NCBI RefSeq assembly: GCF_006345805.1
Contig: NC_043005.1
Span: forward strand, 105,772,001-105,836,000
Origin: Octopus sinensis
Lineage: Eukaryota
Length of the DNA: 64,000 nt
Reading direction: 5' to 3'
Shown here: positions 62,990 through 64,000 of the stretch, piece by piece
Layout: each line of letters opens with the position of its first letter
Numbering within the stretch: position 1 is the first letter of the stretch
The notes under the pieces: model-generated
What the model was told of the DNA's origin: nothing
The model's input: the letters and a program-made list of their open reading frames with translations, nothing else
The model's database searches: none
Program-made: the position numbers and the translations under genes

Positions 62990-64000
62990 CAGAAAATATA
63001 CATTTGCATAGCCTTTTTGTAGTACACAGTGTTGCCTTTCCAGGTTTTTGTTGAGGTACATTAGTCCTATAATGTTGTGGTTGCATGGAAGGTCATTGCA
63101 AATGAATACTTCTTGAGACTTGTACAATGTTGATGTCTTAAATAATCAGCACTTGGTGAATGTATTTATGTTTCCTGTTTGAGTGGTGACATTCAAAGAT
63201 TACCTGCACTGACTTTAAGATTCTTCCTCACCCTTTTCTTCCAAGAGATCATCTGTCAATATCTTTGTTTTTGTGGCAATTTGCTGTTAGGATCTTGTGG
63301 TTTTGAATGTCTATGGAGCAGGTTTCCTTTATAGACCAATCAAGTGTCCTAAATATTGATGTCAGTTCTGACACTCTAAAGACACTGTGTAAAGTTGATA
63401 CATAATGTATCAACTAGCAAGCAACAGGCCTATATTTTTCTGACAAGTTAATGTTTTCAGTCTTGGCTATACAATTTATCCATGCCATAGTAATTTCAAA
63501 ATCGATTATATAAGTTTTACTGCTGATTTTGGTGTAGTAATATTTCTCGATAGTGTCTAGCTATTATGTATTCTGATTAAAATCTCTCTTTTCATTCCAA
63601 ATCTTAAATCAAAATGATTTAAGTCCTTTTTGATAAGAGGTTCTTTTGACTAAAATATTGTTTTTCTTCAACTTCCTGTATACAACTTATGGTTAATTCT
63701 GTCTGGCTCTAATATTTTCCTGATAAAATTTTTCATCAGAGCCTTGAGTTCTTGCTTTGAAGTTTTAAATTCTTCTTCAAGATTGTGGCATGTAGAATCC
63801 CTATACATTTTTGCTGATTTTTCCAAGAATTGTAGTTGCTGTGCAGTGAACTTATTATTCACTTCACAACTTCTGATGATATTTAAATATCTGACTCAGT
63901 CAGATTGTTTTATATTTTCTTTTAGTCTTGTTGTCCACCTGAGTTGCTGATGTTGGATTATTTCATTACTGCCTACATTGCAGAGTCTTCAAGGTGTTCC
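62990..64000 (-). mobile_element. decayed R4/Dong-like RT region
   Basis: IWNEKRDFNQN, KTENINLSEKYRPVAC and SKQELKAL fragments match the linker/RT entry of RLE-type elements; multiple stops. Confidence 0.5.

Noticed and set aside
63668-63862. 64-aa ORF as a host gene exon
   Set aside because: Better explained as the linker region of the decayed R4/Dong-like element that continues into YRPVAC downstream.

Overview
An AT-rich, microsatellite-dense eukaryotic window made almost entirely of transposon debris. The SINE families, (TA)n/(CATA)n/(GAT)n load and element types suggest an octopod cephalopod genome (inference, not verified). I could not support any host protein-coding exon; most long ORFs in the track are microsatellite read-throughs. 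The one real long ORF is the RT of a near-intact, 5'-truncated RTE LINE (44839-49153, minus; one frameshift; tandemly amplified 3' UTR). Also present: decayed hAT-Charlie, mariner/Tc1, Chapaev3-like, CR1-like, R4/Dong-like and Penelope-like (PLE) remnants, three tRNA-head SINE families (several with clean TSDs, some as multimers) and TTAA-flanked MITEs. Main hunt result: several short non-coding elements ending in (TA)n carry type-I hammerhead ribozyme (HHR) motifs (3556-3631 +, 11271-11306 -, 11894-11945 +, 16862-16894 +, 35762-35836 -, 36247-36322 +, plus decayed copies). Two sit in ~1.2-unit terminally redundant arrays (561-bp and 486-bp units), i.e. retrozyme-like or PLE pseudo-LTR-like. 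Three loci share an unusual long stem II opening with a pyrimidine-U mismatch, with different but still pairing stem sequences. All structures were read by eye; no folding or database search was run, and remnant boundaries are approximate.
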